A DNA stretch of 64,000 nt, from contig NC_043010.1 of the NCBI RefSeq assembly GCF_006345805.1, forward strand, positions 31,682,001-31,746,000, written 5' to 3'. Position 1 is the stretch's first letter, and each line of letters starts with the position of its first letter. The position numbers and the translations under genes are program-made. This DNA is from Octopus sinensis (Eukaryota). Shown here one piece after another: positions 50,425-64,000 of the stretch. Under the pieces are notes generated by a model that worked only from the letters and a program-made list of their open reading frames with translations, did not search any database and was not told the DNA's origin.

Positions 50425-52469
50425 CACACGTTATATACACGTGTTTATGTATATGTGCCTGTGTGTATACATATATATATATGAATGCCTATGTATTTTT
50501 GTGTATGCGAGTGTCTATGTATATCTGTGTATATCAGTATATATATATATATATATCCAGCAAAGAGAGCACGACTGAAAGTGGATGGAAATCAAATAAC
50601 ATACATGGTGGCTTCACGTGATGGTGTTGTGTTTAGTTGAAGTGACTACTACTGCCGCCGCCGCCGCTGTCGCCGTTGCTGCTGCCGCTGCTGCTGCTGC
50701 TATGATGTAGTAGCAATGGTAGATATAATGGCACTAACTATACCAGTACCAATGCTGAAAGGAAAGGTTATTTTTGTTGTTTGATGGTGGGTTGGTAGTG
50801 GTGATGGTTGTTGTAGTAATAGTTTTGTTTGTGACGTAGCTGGTAGCAATGATGTTTGTATGGGTGATGTTGGTGGTGGTGGTGGTGGAAATAATGGTGA
50901 TCATATTGGTGGTGATGATGGCGGTGAAAATAATGTTTGTGATAGTAGTGGTGTGATGGTAAGCTGTTATTTGGTTTAGCTGTTAAGTACCACCAATCGC
51001 CATCCACTCCCCCTTACCTGCAGACGCCTCACACAATTATTTTACTAATAATTAACCAATGTTAACTTCCGGTCAAGTACCTCAGTCACGACACGAAACA
51101 ATGCACTTTTCCGGCAGACTAAGCAGCTTAATGTTCATTCAGATATTGGACAGCTTTTGGTTCATCGGAGAGAAGTGGGTGGTGTTAGCATGTGGCGTAA
51201 TGGTCACAGGTCAATCCTGATCCAATAAACCTATACGCAAAAGCAAAAGCGTTCTAGCCATGGCCAGCTTATCTATTTAGAGGTTGGTGGAACTACATTA
51301 TTTGACGGTAGTTGTAAGTTGAGGGAGGCCTGGCTGCTATTTTGGATCTTTTGTTTGGCTGCACCAGCGGAAATTTTAAAGTTTAGTGAAAATATTCAAA
51401 TTTGATGTATTGATGTAATTTTCCACGCTGAATCTCAGGAGTTAATTCGCTTTTTCCATAATTAATTATTTTTTTCAAGTTACAGAAGTTTAAAGTTTTA
51501 TCATTTTTACCCAGTCAGAAAATAGTATTTCGAAGCTGTCATTTCGTGTGTACTGCACTTGCTGTAAATTGTAAACAAATGAAATATTGGCGGAATTCTA
51601 CTTTACGCGTGCCATATAACCCTTTATAACTTTTTCATTCTTTGGAATTTTTAGAAAATTTTTGTAAATTTGTATTCTACACAGGGGAATTCATAGGATT
51701 ATGCAAAAACCAAAAAGGTAAGAAAAAATGGTGCGTCATTTAAGGTCTATTCATTTTTAGACAACCACTTCATAACTGATGTGTTTTAAGCATTTTGTAA
51801 GCGAAAATGATCGCGTGGGTAAGCAGCTTGGTAACAGCTTGGCTTGTAGCTATGGAAACAGGCACCTGTGTCTGTGACTTTCGACTGGTTAAAATTACTC
51901 CAAATTTGCAAACTTTAAAAGCTACTAACTCCTTACTTATTGATTTATGGCGAAAATGAATTCCATGTCAATAATGGGCATACAAAACTATATCAATTCA
52001 CCGAATATGAAATCAACTGGAACAAAAACTGGCAGCCAAACAGAAGATCCACTATTTCTACGAAACCGAGTGACTGCGTCGAGACTCTCTATTTGGCTCA
52101 ATTGTGTAGTAGTAGTAGTAGTAGTAGTATAGTAGTAGTAATTGATGTTATGTCGTTCTTTAACTTACAGTCAGCCGTAACGGAGCAGATCTACGATCAA
52201 AGGCATTCCAACCAAAGCTATCACATCTTTTTCTTTTTGGCGGAGTCGGGGAGCGGTGATGTTGAACCTGAAACTAAAATAATCCAATGTGTCCGTAGTA
52301 ATATTGATATTGTCGGTGTTTTTTTTAGCCCTTGGCCAATCTTGATCAGAGGCGTAGTCAGGTTCTAAAGTTTGTTGTAGCTGGCACGTTAAAAAAGGCG
52401 TCGTGGCACATACCAAAACATTTTTAAAATCATTTCTCTTATAATACGGAAATATGTTATATTACAGAA

Positions 52470-53370
52470 AGGCCTGAATCTCGAGGTACGGACGATCTTC
52501 CTGGACTCAGATGGTAGCACCTTTGGACTAGTCGCTGTATACGCACCGACTGGGTTTTTCTTGGGACATCTCATTCTTTAGTGCTAGTGGACGATTCGAA
52601 CACCATCTTGGATGTACACCTGAATAGGGTGGGGCTAACCGATAGGATAGGGGCTAACCCATAGGATAAGGGCTATTAGTATCGCACGTTCGGTCCGTTT
52701 AGGATGCCCAATTTCAACTTTTCTGTATGTGCTGGCTCTCGAGCCATTGCTACGGAAACTATGTTTCAAGGGCCATCCCGCACAAACTACAATGCAGCAG
52801 GTTCATATCGATTTATATGGACGACGTCACTGCAATAGTGTCAGACATTTCGGAAATCGAGGTCATCGGCACTACCTTAAGGGGGTTCAAAGTGGTGACA
52901 GGAGCAAAGGTTAATCAGGAGAAGTCAGTGGATCTGCAGCTCGGCACCTCGAGAGGCAGATCCATGCCGACCAATAGCGCCGTAGGGCGCTGCTGGGAAA
53001 TACTGGTTAAACTCTTCGGGGTTTGATGTGCTCTAAACCTCCAGGTGAATAAAAACTGGAGAGAACTGACAAGTATAGCGGCCAGTCTCACCTAGAAATG
53101 GCTAAAGAGGATTCTGACCCTGCAAGGTTGGGCAGCAGTAGCGAATGCATACACTGTTTCCATCATCTACTACCACCTAACTGTCGTCCTTTGCCCGGCC
53201 TCGTGGCTGATCAAGCTGGAGTGCTTGCTCTTCCGCTTTCTGTAAAAGGGACGTGCTCTGCTCGTCAGCAGTCACTGAGTGGCAGACTGGGCATGACGTG
53301 ACTAATGATGTGCAGACTTGCACTGAAGCTGCGATATCTCCGGCATTTCCTTGATGGTGAATAGGTGGGG
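52470..53370 (+). mobile_element. Tx1/L1-clade LINE relic with a large internal deletion
   Basis: APE FGLVAVYAPTG; RT LYVLALEPLLRKL, YMDDVTAIV, VTGAKVNQEKS. Confidence 0.8.
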
Positions 53371-53384
53371 TCTCCTTTCGTCAG

Positions 53385-53530
53385 ACGGGAGTTTTCCAAA
53401 TCCACTCACAAGGCTCTGGTCGGCCCAAGGCTATAGTAGAAGGCACTTGCCCAAGGTGCCACGCAGTGGGAATGAACCCGGAACCATGTGGTTCGTAAGC
53501 AAGCTACTTACCACACAGCCACTCCTACGC
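53385..53530 (-). mobile_element. SINE family A 5' half
   Basis: Reverse complement of the head of the reference copy. Confidence 0.85.
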
Positions 53531-53814
53531 CTATGTTTATAAATTTTTCATTTTTTGTCTTGTTTCATTGAGGGTTAAAGAATTGTTTTAGTTGAGGGAG
53601 ATGACCAAAAGTACCGATATCTCTCGTAAAACGGGGGTGATAACCCGATTTTTTAATGGGGGTGAGATAACCAAAAAAAAGTACCCCAAAATACTCGAAC
53701 TGTGCACATACACCCACGTATATACAAAGTCACAGACACACTAATACCAAGTCACTCACACACATTATGTACACACGTATGCAATATACATAGTTACATA
53801 TAAAGTGGCGATCA

Positions 53815-55383
53815 GGCAGAATCGTTCTGTGTTGGAAAAATGCTTTACAACATTTCATCTAGCCCTTTAAGTCCTGTGTTCAAATGCCGCCAAGGTCAAC
53901 TTTCCCTTTTTTATCCTTTCGGGGTCGATCTTACTGACATCCCCCTATCCTAAAAATTTCTGGCCTTGTACCAAAATTAGGAATACTATACATACCTATT
54001 TCTTTACTACCCACAAGGGGCTAAACACAGAGAGGACAAACAAGGACAGACAAACGGATTAAGTCGATTATATCGACTCTAGTGCGTAACTGGTACTTAA
54101 TTTATCGACCCCGAAAGGATGAAAGGTAAAGTCGACCTCGGCGGAATTTGAACCCAGAACGTAACGGCAGACGAAATACGGCTACGCATTTCGCCCGGCG
54201 TGCTAACGTTTCTGCCAGCTTGCCGCCTTACATACATACTATACATACCCGCATATAGCTACACAAACACGCATATATATACGCGTACACACATACACAC
54301 TCGTGTACTTACGGATATAAATATATTCTGGGGCATAGAATACTCTTCCAAACTTATCACACTTCTTCTTCCTCCGCCTATCGGGGTAGACAGCCAAATG
54401 TATAATTAAACCTAAGGAATTGCTTATTAAGTAAACTCTCCATCACCACTATCGCAACTGCCACTGTCACCACCATACCTACCCGTATCTCACCTCGGCC
54501 ATCAGAACTATCACTTCCATCCCCATCCTCATTATCACACTTACCATGTTGCCCCTCACCAATTATTCCCACCCTACAAATATCAAGCACCATCATGAAC
54601 ACTACCATAATCACAACCGCCATAAACACCCCACGAAAAAGAGACTTATCCCTACTGTCCCGTCACCTACCAACCACTAATCAGACTTTATTTCATTGAT
54701 TTACGAAGTTGATGGGGGTTCTGTACTGAAATGACCTTTACTACTACTGCTGCTACTACTGGCATCTGCGCAAGATCACACAAGTGGAGGAGGGACTACT
54801 ATTAGTAGCTAATGTGAGATTATAATTAATCAACGTTGGCGGGAACTGAACTCAAAATGTAAATGAGTGACAAAATAATAATAATCCTTTCATCTAAAGG
54901 CATAAGGCCTGAAATTTTTTTTGGGGGTGGGTGGGGGATAAGTCGAGTTTATCGAGCTCTGTGTTTCACTGGTACTTAATTTATCGACCCCGAAAGAATG
55001 AAAAGCAAATTCGTCCTCGGCGGAATTTGAATTCAGAACGTTAAGGCGGGCAAAATTCCGCTAAGCATTTTACTCAGCGTGTTAATGATTCTGCCAGCTC
55101 GCCACCTTAGTAGTAGTAGTAGTAGTAGTAGTTGTAGTAGTAGTCATCATTGTTCGACCGTTGTTCCATCAAAGCATTATGGAGGTCCTGTTGCTGGATG
55201 CCTGTATCCCTGGAGATTACATCAGGATAGGAGAGCGTGCGCCCTCTGGTGTCGCGAGCAGATGGCTTCCAGGGGAGAAGAGTAGAAATTACCTCGTTTT
55301 CAGCTCTACAACAATGTCCAGCAAACTGAACTCTTCTACCTGTCACAAGAGATGATACAGGTGGTAGTTTCCCATATATTTGG

Positions 55384-55415
<32 letters not shown>

Positions 55416-55968
55416 CCTTTGTATTATAGGCACAAGGCCTGAAATTTTGGTGAAGGGATAATCGATTACATCGACCCCAGTGTTTCACTGGTACTTAATT
55501 TATCGACTCCGAAACGATGAAAGGCAAAGTCGACCTCGGCGGAATATGAACTCAGAACGAGGCGGCAGACGAAACACCGCTAAGCATTTCGCCCGGCGTG
55601 CTAATGTTTCTGCCAACTCACCGCCGAAATAATAATAGTAATAATCCTTTCTACTGGAAGCACAAAGCCTCAAATTTGTGGGAAGGGATTAAGTCGATTA
55701 CTTAATGAACTCAGAACGTAGCGGCAAATGAAATACCTATTTCTTTACTATCCACAAGGGGCTAAACACAGAGAGGACAAATAAGGACATACAAACGGAT
55801 TAAGTCGATTACATCGACCCCAGTGCGTAACTGGTACTTAATTTATCGACCCCGAAAGGATGAAAGGCAAAGTCGACCTCGGCGGAATTTGAACTCAGAA
55901 CGTAACGGCAGACGAAATGCCGCTAAGCATTTCGCCCGGCGCACTAACGATTCTGCCAGCTCGCCGCC
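53815..55968 (-). mobile_element. Cluster of SINE family B copies (53993-54229, 54880-55108, 55418-55625, 55735-55968; partial + copy 53815-53930)
   Basis: Repeated tcgaccccgaaaggatgaaaggcaaagtcgacctcggcggaatttgaactcagaacg. Confidence 0.85.
55145..55383 (-). mobile_element. 5'-truncated RTE-clade LINE 3' end embedded in (ACT)n
   Basis: QIYGKLPPVSSLVTGRRVQFAGHCCRAENEVISTLLPWKP...RGRTLSYPDVISRD; (AGT)n on both flanks. Confidence 0.75.
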
Positions 55969-55974
55969 ATCGTT

Positions 55975-57010
55975 ACTTTGGAAGTCGGCTTCCTACATTT
56001 ACGTATTTCCGGCTGTTTTATGTAACTATCCCCGACTATTAGAGAATGCCCTCCATTTAACGGTCCAGCGAAGTCTATGCGTAATCTCGACCAAGGTATG
56101 TTAGTGTTGGACCAAGGTTGAATTTTTACAGGTGGTGCCTCTGCTGTCAGGGCACAACCCTTGCAGGCTTTCACTAATTTTTCAATATCCTGATCCATAC
56201 TAGGCAAGTAGACATAGCTTCTCATCAATGCTTTCATTCTCGCGATTCATGTGGGATTCTTTTAACTTACGGATTGCAGAGAAACAGGTATTACAACCTT
56301 CTGAATGCATATAAGTACGTCGTCACATATCGTCTCGGTTACACGAGTTTTTGTATTTGTTTCAAACTTCACTATATTTTTCATTTTTATTATGAATGCA
56401 TCCTTCTCTGCTTTAATTTTTTATTTCTTCTAAAGTGACGGGTAGTTCACGTACTACGTTGCAGAGCATAATTTTTATTTCGATTTCGGCTTTTAATGCC
56501 GCTATTACCATCTCTTCTAACGTTCAATTGTATTTAGGAATCAATCTTGATAGCCCATCCGGGTGTCTTAATTTTTTCGATGGTAGAAATTCCATCTTAA
56601 AATCATAATTTAGCAAGATCACCCCCACCCCACCCCCAGCGCTGCAATCGGTTGGCTGTATGTGTGGGGATACCCTTTTTCGATCTGTAAATTGATAACA
56701 AAGGGCGTTGATCTGTTTGCAGACTGAATTTCCTTCCATGTATGAATTTGTGAAATTTTTCACCACAAAAATAATGGCTAGTACCTCCTTCTCAATTTGG
56801 CTGTAGTTTTTATCAGCCGCCAACAATTAACGTGAAGCATGAGCGATGGGTTTTATGCAACCATTTTCATACTTGTGTGAAATTACCGCTCCTATACCAC
56901 TTTCGCTAGCATCTGATGCTACCACTATTTTTAGAATTAGATCAAAGTACGATAATGACAGTTCCAATGTTAAAACTTTTTAAATTTCTTGGAACACTTT
57001 TTGACACTTG
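55975..57010 (-). mobile_element. Ty3/gypsy pol fragment (RNase H and integrase Zn-binding region), decayed
   Basis: SDASESGIGAVISH, KNYSQIEKEVLAIIF, MKALMRSYVYLPSMDQDIEKLVKAC..C, PWSRLRIDFAGP. Confidence 0.88.
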
Positions 57011-57214
57011 TCTGACCAAACTATTTTACGCTTTTTTCAATAGGTTGTTTAGGGGTGCTCTTAGCCCATGCCTGTTTATAGCCCCAGGAGGACACCTCCT
57101 CCAGCTGGCTAACGACACAGTCTGATACATACATACATACATACATACATACACACATATATATACACACACACATATGTATACATATATATATATACAC
57201 ACACACACACACAT

Positions 57215-57256
<42 letters not shown>

Positions 57257-57354
57257 ATATATATTATATATATATATACACACACACACAAATATATATA
57301 TATATATACACACATACACACACACTCACACACACTCGCACACATACATATATA

Positions 57355-58420
57355 CAGTAATCCCTGAACTATCGCGGGTGTTCCGTTCGAAAATCACCCA
57401 CGGTAGGTGAAAATCAGCAAAGGAGAAGCGGTACTGTACCGTATATTTTTCTTTATTATTTTTATAACTTGCATATATGTATTTTATTATAAATGCAAAA
57501 CAACACCACGTAGGAATCGACGTAAGTGTAGTAAGTTGTCTAGAATGTTCTGTTGCGAGTTTTGTTTAGAATGTTGAAGGAAAGTCAGATGGCGTATGTA
57601 TGAACGATTTCAGCATACTTTATTTCAGAAGAGGTAACTCTCTTGTACAAGCGGTAGTAAGTGATATTATAATTTCGTTGAATAAAATGTATGAGAACAT
57701 AACGTACAATTGCGAGTGTTGGATGACAAGAAGAGTTTCAACAGACTTACTAATGGATAGCCCTTCGTGGCTTAAATGATTCCAAAAGTTGCATGGCGTA
57801 GTTATTTTGAGAGTCATGGAGTGAGTGTTGAAACGAAGCGGTGGAGGAAAAAGATCCTCAACGGTTGGATGATTGATAAAAATTAGAGGCCATCTTCGAT
57901 GCGGTGTCCAAATGGCGGCGAACGGGAAAATTAAGCCCGAGTGAGGCCAGGTCTGTGTGTTTTGGCGAGCATAATATGTAGGTGTGTCTTTTTTGCTCAT
58001 TTAATTTTTTTTTTGTTTTTTTTTAGAATATTTCTTGACGTCGGGAAATCACCAATGTAGCAAGTTGTCTGGAGTGTTCTGTTGCGTGTTTTGTTTAGAA
58101 TGTTGAAGGAAAGTCAGAAGGCGAATGTATGAACGAACTCAACATACTTTATTTCAGGAAAGGTAACCCTCTCGTATGAGCGGTAGTAAGTGATATTACA
58201 TTTTTTAAGTAAACGTTGAATATGTGTGGGAACAGAATGTACAATTGCGAGTGTTGGATGATAAGGAGAGTTTCAACAGACACACTAAAGAATGGCCCAT
58301 TCGTGGCTTAAATAATTCCAGGAGTTGCAAGGCGTAGTTAATTTGAGAGTCATGCTAGCGTATAAAAATGTGATGTTAACACTACACCGGCCGAGCTGCA
58401 TAACCAGCTCTTTCAAAAAG
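57355..58420 (+). mobile_element. Probable Tigger/pogo-like non-autonomous element with internal duplication
   Basis: TA+cagtaatccctgaactatcgcgg terminus; ~57525-57800 is repeated at ~58055-58350. Confidence 0.5.
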
Positions 58421-58987
58421 CGCACGATACTGCTGGGCAGAAGCTGCCACATGTATTCTTCCGCAGCCAGATCTAATGGTTCGAAGTGGACATAGCGCGA
58501 CCTGTTACTCCGCCACGACAAAATATAGCCCTCCAGGCAGCCTATATAAGTTTAAATAATAAACCGCGATATGACGAAGGATTACTGCATATACATAGGA
58601 TAGTAATAAATAAAAACGGCACAACCTCCCCACTAGCATCCCACACCTCTTCCCTGTACCATAATCAGCACCACTATCATCAACAAGAACTGCAGCAATG
58701 TCAACAACCCGAGTTACTGCAATACAAACAGTGTCAGTGCAGTATTTAGTTTTGTATGTGTATGTTTTTAGTTCAAATCCTAACAAGATCGACACTACCT
58801 GACAGCTTGCTGAGATCAATAAAATAAGTTCTCGTCATTTAATAGTCATGCTCGAAACGTGTTTTGGTGAGTTGGAAGACTCGGATGTGTGTCTCACTCT
58901 TGGCCTATTTTTTTACGTCACTTCATATTCTAATTTCAAATCCCGTTCAAGTCGACTTTGCTTTTAAATGTTCAGGGGCAGATGAAA

Positions 58988-59219
58988 TATCTATTTCTTT
59001 ACTACCCACAAGGGGCTAAACACAGAGGGGACAAACAAGGACAGACACACGGATTAAGTCGATTACATCGACCCCAGTGCGTAACTGGTACTTATTTAAT
59101 CGACCCCGAAAGGATGAAAGGCAAAGTCGACCTCGGCGGAATTTGAACTCAGAACGTAGTGGCAGACGAAATACCGCTAAGCATTTCTTCCGGTCTGCTA
59201 ACGACTCTGCCAGTTCGCC
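58988..59219 (-). mobile_element. SINE family B
   Basis: Similarity to the reference copy. Confidence 0.88.
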
Positions 59220-59463
59220 TATCAGTAGAGTGCTGAATTCCATTTTAAATCCTTACATCCTACACACCAAAATTATCACATTGTACTTAGAAATCAATAT
59301 TATAAGTTCGAAAGACTCAGAGATCTGTAAAATATTAGATACCAGAGATATATTAATCAGCAAAGGAGAAGCGGTACTGTACCGTATATTTTTCTTTATT
59401 ATTTTTATAACTTGCATATATGTATTTTATTATAAATGCAAAACAACACCACGTAGGAATCGA

Positions 59464-60761
59464 CTATTGGTACCATTCCAAACGATTACATCTTAGATAC
59501 CAGAGATATACTATTGGTACCATTCCCAACGATTACATCTTAGATACCAGAGATATACTAATGGTACCATTCCAAACGATTACATCTTAGATACCAGAGA
59601 TATACTATTGGTACCATTCCCAACGATTACATCTTAGATACCAGAGATATACCAATGGTACCATTCCAAACGATTACATCTTAGATACCAGAGATATACT
59701 GTTGGTACCATTCCCAACGATTACATCTTAGATACCAGAGATATATCAATGGTACCATTCCCAACGATTATATCTTAGATACCAGAGATATACCAATGGT
59801 ACCATTCCCAACGATTACATCTTAGATACCAGAGATATATCAATGGTACCATTCCCAACGATTACATCTTAGATACCAGAGATATATCAATGGTACCATT
59901 CCCAACGATTATATCTTAGATACCAGAGATATACCAATGGTACCATTCCCAACGATTACATCTTAGATACCAGAGATATATCAATGGTACCATTCCAAAC
60001 GATTACATCTTAGATACCAGAGATATACCAATGGTACCATTCCCAACGATTACATCTTAGATACCAGAGATATACCAACGGTACCATTCCAAACGATTAC
60101 ATCTTAGATACCAGAGATATACCAATGGTACCATTCCAAACGATTACATCTTAGATACCAGAGATATACTATTGGTACCATTCCAAACGATTACATCTTA
60201 GATACCAGAGATATACTATTGGTACCATTCCCAACGATTACATCTTAGATACCAGAGATATACCAATGGTACCATTCCCAACGATTACATCTTAGATACC
60301 AGAGATATGCCAATGGTACCATTCCCAACGATTACATCTTAGATACCAGAGATATATCAATGGTACCATTCCAAACGATTACATCTTAGATACCAGAGAT
60401 ATACTATTGGTACCATTCCCAACGATTACATCTTAGATACCAGAGATATACCAATGGTACCATTCCCAACGATTACATCTTAGATACCAGAGATATACCA
60501 ATGGTACCATTCCCAACGATTACATCTTAGATACCAGAGATATACCAATGGTACCATTCCCAACGATTACATCTTAGATACCAGAGATATGCCAATGGTA
60601 CCATTCCCAACGATTACATCTTAGATACCAGAGATATACCAATGGTACCATTCCCAACGATTACATCTTAGATACCAGAGATATACCAATGGTACCATTC
60701 CCAACGATTACATCTTAGATACCAGAGATATACCAATGGTGCCATTCCCAACGATTACATC
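59464..60761. repeat. 47-bp minisatellite, ~27.6 copies
   Basis: Unit tggtaccattcccaacgattacatcttagataccagagatataccaa; period 47 (59468 to 59515). Confidence 0.97.
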
Positions 60762-61029
60762 ACAGTGGGATGTGATCAATAAAATTCTCCTTGGGCTTTG
60801 TAAACAATTAGAAAACCATTACAACTACTACTGCTGCTGCTGTTGTTGTTGCTGTTACTTTTGCCGTTATTACTTTCCTATTAGAGCACTTCACACCTGG
60901 TATTCAAAAAGTAATGACAGGTGCAATGAATATAAATATGTGGGTATATGTATGTATGTATGTAAGTATGTATTATGTATGTATGTATGTATGTATGTAT
61001 GTATGTATGTATGTATGTATGTATGTATG

Positions 61030-61399
61030 TATGTATGTATGTATGTATGTATATCTATCTGTGTGTATATATATGTATATGCATGTATATATATGTATGT
61101 AGATATCTATGTGTGTATACATATATATATACTACAATATACATACACACATAACACACACACGCACACACACACATACACAAACACACACACACATATA
61201 TATATATAAGCATACTTTTATAAATATATGCATTTATATAGATAAATAGATAGATAGATAGATAGATACATACATACATACATACACACATACACATATG
61301 CATATATATATATACATACATACATACGTATATATATATATACACACACACATTCAGGTGAATGTGTAAATGTACATCCATATATAGATGTTTGTATAT

Positions 61400-61471
<72 letters not shown>

Positions 61472-62229
61472 CAAATGTACACAGACATACGCACATATGT
61501 ATTTCCGCATGTATACAAAATATAAGCGCATACAATAAACATATACACACATACACGCATTAAGTATGTGTAACAGAGGGGCGGTATGTGTGCGTATGTA
61601 TGTGTGGCGCGGGTGTGTGTATTTATGTGCGTTTTGTGTGCATGTACATATCATGACAATTATTCAAGTGAATATATTATATTTCAGGGGTGGACAGATT
61701 GTGTTGAAATGGGAGTGAGAAAAGGATTTAAAAAGGAAAATAAATAACGAGTCAACAATACATGTGTATACATAGCTGTACATACTTCTATGTACATGTA
61801 TGTATGTGTGTATGTATGTATGTGTATGTATGTATGTATGTATGTATGTATGTATGTATGTATGTTGTATGTATGTATATCTATCTGTGTGTATATATAT
61901 GTATATGCATGTATATATATGTATGTAGATATCTATGTGTGTATACATATATATATACTACAATATACATACACACATAACACACACACGCACACACACA
62001 CATACACAAACACACACACACATATATATATATAAGCATACTTTTATAAATATATGCATTTATATAGATAAATAGATAGATAGATAGATAGATACATACA
62101 TACATACACACATACACATATGCATATATATATATACATACATACATACGTATATATATATATACACACACACATTCAGGTGAATGTGTAAATGTACATC
62201 CATATATAGATGTTTGTATATATCATATA

Positions 62230-62289
<60 letters not shown>

Positions 62290-62690
62290 TACAAATGTAC
62301 ACAGACATACGCACATATGTATTTCCGCATGTATACAAAATATAAGCGCATACAATAAACATATACACACATACACGCATTAAGTATGTGTAACAGAGGG
62401 GCGGTATGTGTGCGTATGTATGTGTGGCGCGGGTGTGTGTATTTATGTGCGTTTTGTGTGCATGTACATATCATGACAATTATTCAAGTGAATATATTAT
62501 ATTTCAGGGGTGGACAGATTGTGTTGAAATGGGAGTGAGAAAAGGATTTAAAAAGGAAAATAAATAACGAGTCAACAATACATGTGTATACATAGCTGTA
62601 CATACTTCTATGTACATGTATGTATGTGTGTATGTATGTATGTATGTATGTATGTATGTATGTATGTATGTATGTATGTATGTATGTATG
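61030..62690. repeat. ~820-826-bp two-copy tandem duplication of microsatellite-rich DNA
   Basis: 61051 matches 61877; 61579 matches 62399. Confidence 0.85.
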
Positions 62691-63181
62691 TGCATGTACG
62701 AACACATACGGATGTGTATGTAGCTATTTTCTTATTTTTACAAAGTGAATGCCATGTTAATAATGTATTAAGGTGTCAAGAAGCTCAATTTATGAACTAT
62801 TTCTGACTAAGTATATATCTGTGTCAATATCGTCAATGTCCTTACCATTCCAGCCACGATCAGACATTAGTGAATACGTCAAAACACACCGACTAAACCC
62901 ACCCGTTCCACCACTACACTACCTTTTTACACGAACCCGCACGCTCACACAGTGATATCAATTCTTAATGTATAGCTTAAACTTTTAGATAACATGACGA
63001 AACTTCACCTGGTGCGATTTTATATGTGTGTGTGTGCGTGCGTGCGTGTACCTATCATCATATATGTGTACATATACATACATACATACATACCTACATA
63101 TGTATAAATATTTATATATATATATATATACATACATATATACATATATACATATATATATAAATATATATATATATATAT

Positions 63182-63213
<32 letters not shown>

Positions 63214-63352
63214 ATATACACACATACATACATATATACACAGATAGATAGGATAGTTTGTAGAAATACATAAACCCGGAGGAGAAGCACACTCTAAAAT
63301 GTAGACCAGTTTATATTATAATCGGCCTATCCCACTATAATATATACATACA

Positions 63353-63386
<34 letters not shown>

Positions 63387-63411
63387 CATATATACATATA
63401 TACATATATAC

Positions 63412-63496
<85 letters not shown>

Positions 63497-63559
63497 TTAA
63501 TAATGATAGGCAGAACAGAGATTTTTCACATCCATAATTTAATTTAAGTTATTTACAGT

Positions 63560-64000
63560 TTCAACCTGCATTAATAAAAGCAGCTGCACTGACCTGTAAT
63601 CCTCATACTTGCAACATCAGAGGACTTCTTCGCAAATCGTTGGCGAGACTCAACTGTCACATTCGACATGAGCATTATGACTGACAAAGAAAGTATAGGT
63701 TGTCGGATCCTCATACGTCGAAACCGTCGGAAGAGTCTATCATATATATATATATATGATATATACAAACTTCCAAAAAGATGGCACTTTTTTCCGATAA
63801 AACCAAGAACTTATACCTTGTAGAAAACAGCACATATGCACGACTCCTACATAGCAGCATTATTAACAATTACACCAAAGCCAGGCAAGAAATTTATAAC
63901 GGAGTTGATAAAGGAGCTAGCATTATAGCCACCAGATTTAAATTAAAGAGCATTTTTTGATTGCCTCTATAACTGATGAGATGCCGGAGCAGTTTTCCGC
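63560..64000 (+). mobile_element. PLE remnants: HHR relic, RT fragment, and a possible HHR 5' half at the window edge
   Basis: 63781-63960 reads FSDKTKNLY..YARLLHSSIINNYTKA (ADKT-type PLE RT motif); ctgacaa...gtcgaaaccgtc at 63681-63728; ctgatga at 63973. Confidence 0.55.

Noticed and set aside
59464-60761. CRISPR-like array
   Set aside because: Units are contiguous with no unique spacers, there are no cas genes, and the context is eukaryotic; this is a minisatellite.

Overview
This is an AT-rich eukaryotic intergenic or intronic window. It is very probably a coleoid cephalopod (octopus-like) genome, inferred from the microsatellite load and the SINE families. No host protein-coding gene, rRNA, true tRNA or CRISPR array is supported, and most listed ORFs are microsatellite read-through artefacts. 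The window is a transposon graveyard: four decayed mariners, one internally deleted Tc1 with DD36E spacing, a hAT transposase relic, a Ty3/gypsy pol fragment, LINE relics (CR1/L2-like, Tx1/L1-like, RTE-like, R4-like RLE) and about 20 copies of at least four tRNA-derived SINE families. The main signal is a dense set of Penelope-like element (PLE) sequences and associated hammerhead ribozymes (HHRs). These include two apparently intact minimal type-I HHRs with palindromic stem III (10849-10921 and 44569-44652, both minus strand). One of them lies in a 429-nt non-coding, retrozyme-like unit with terminal direct repeats, inserted in the (TA)n of a SINE. There is also a young 2.17-kb PLE palindrome that keeps an open GIY-YIG endonuclease frame on both strands and carries a U3:A8-variant HHR in each arm, a second PLE fold-back, and several HHR relics. 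A 47-bp minisatellite of about 27.6 copies lies at 59.5-60.8 kb. Boundaries were read by eye and are approximate unless motif coordinates are given.
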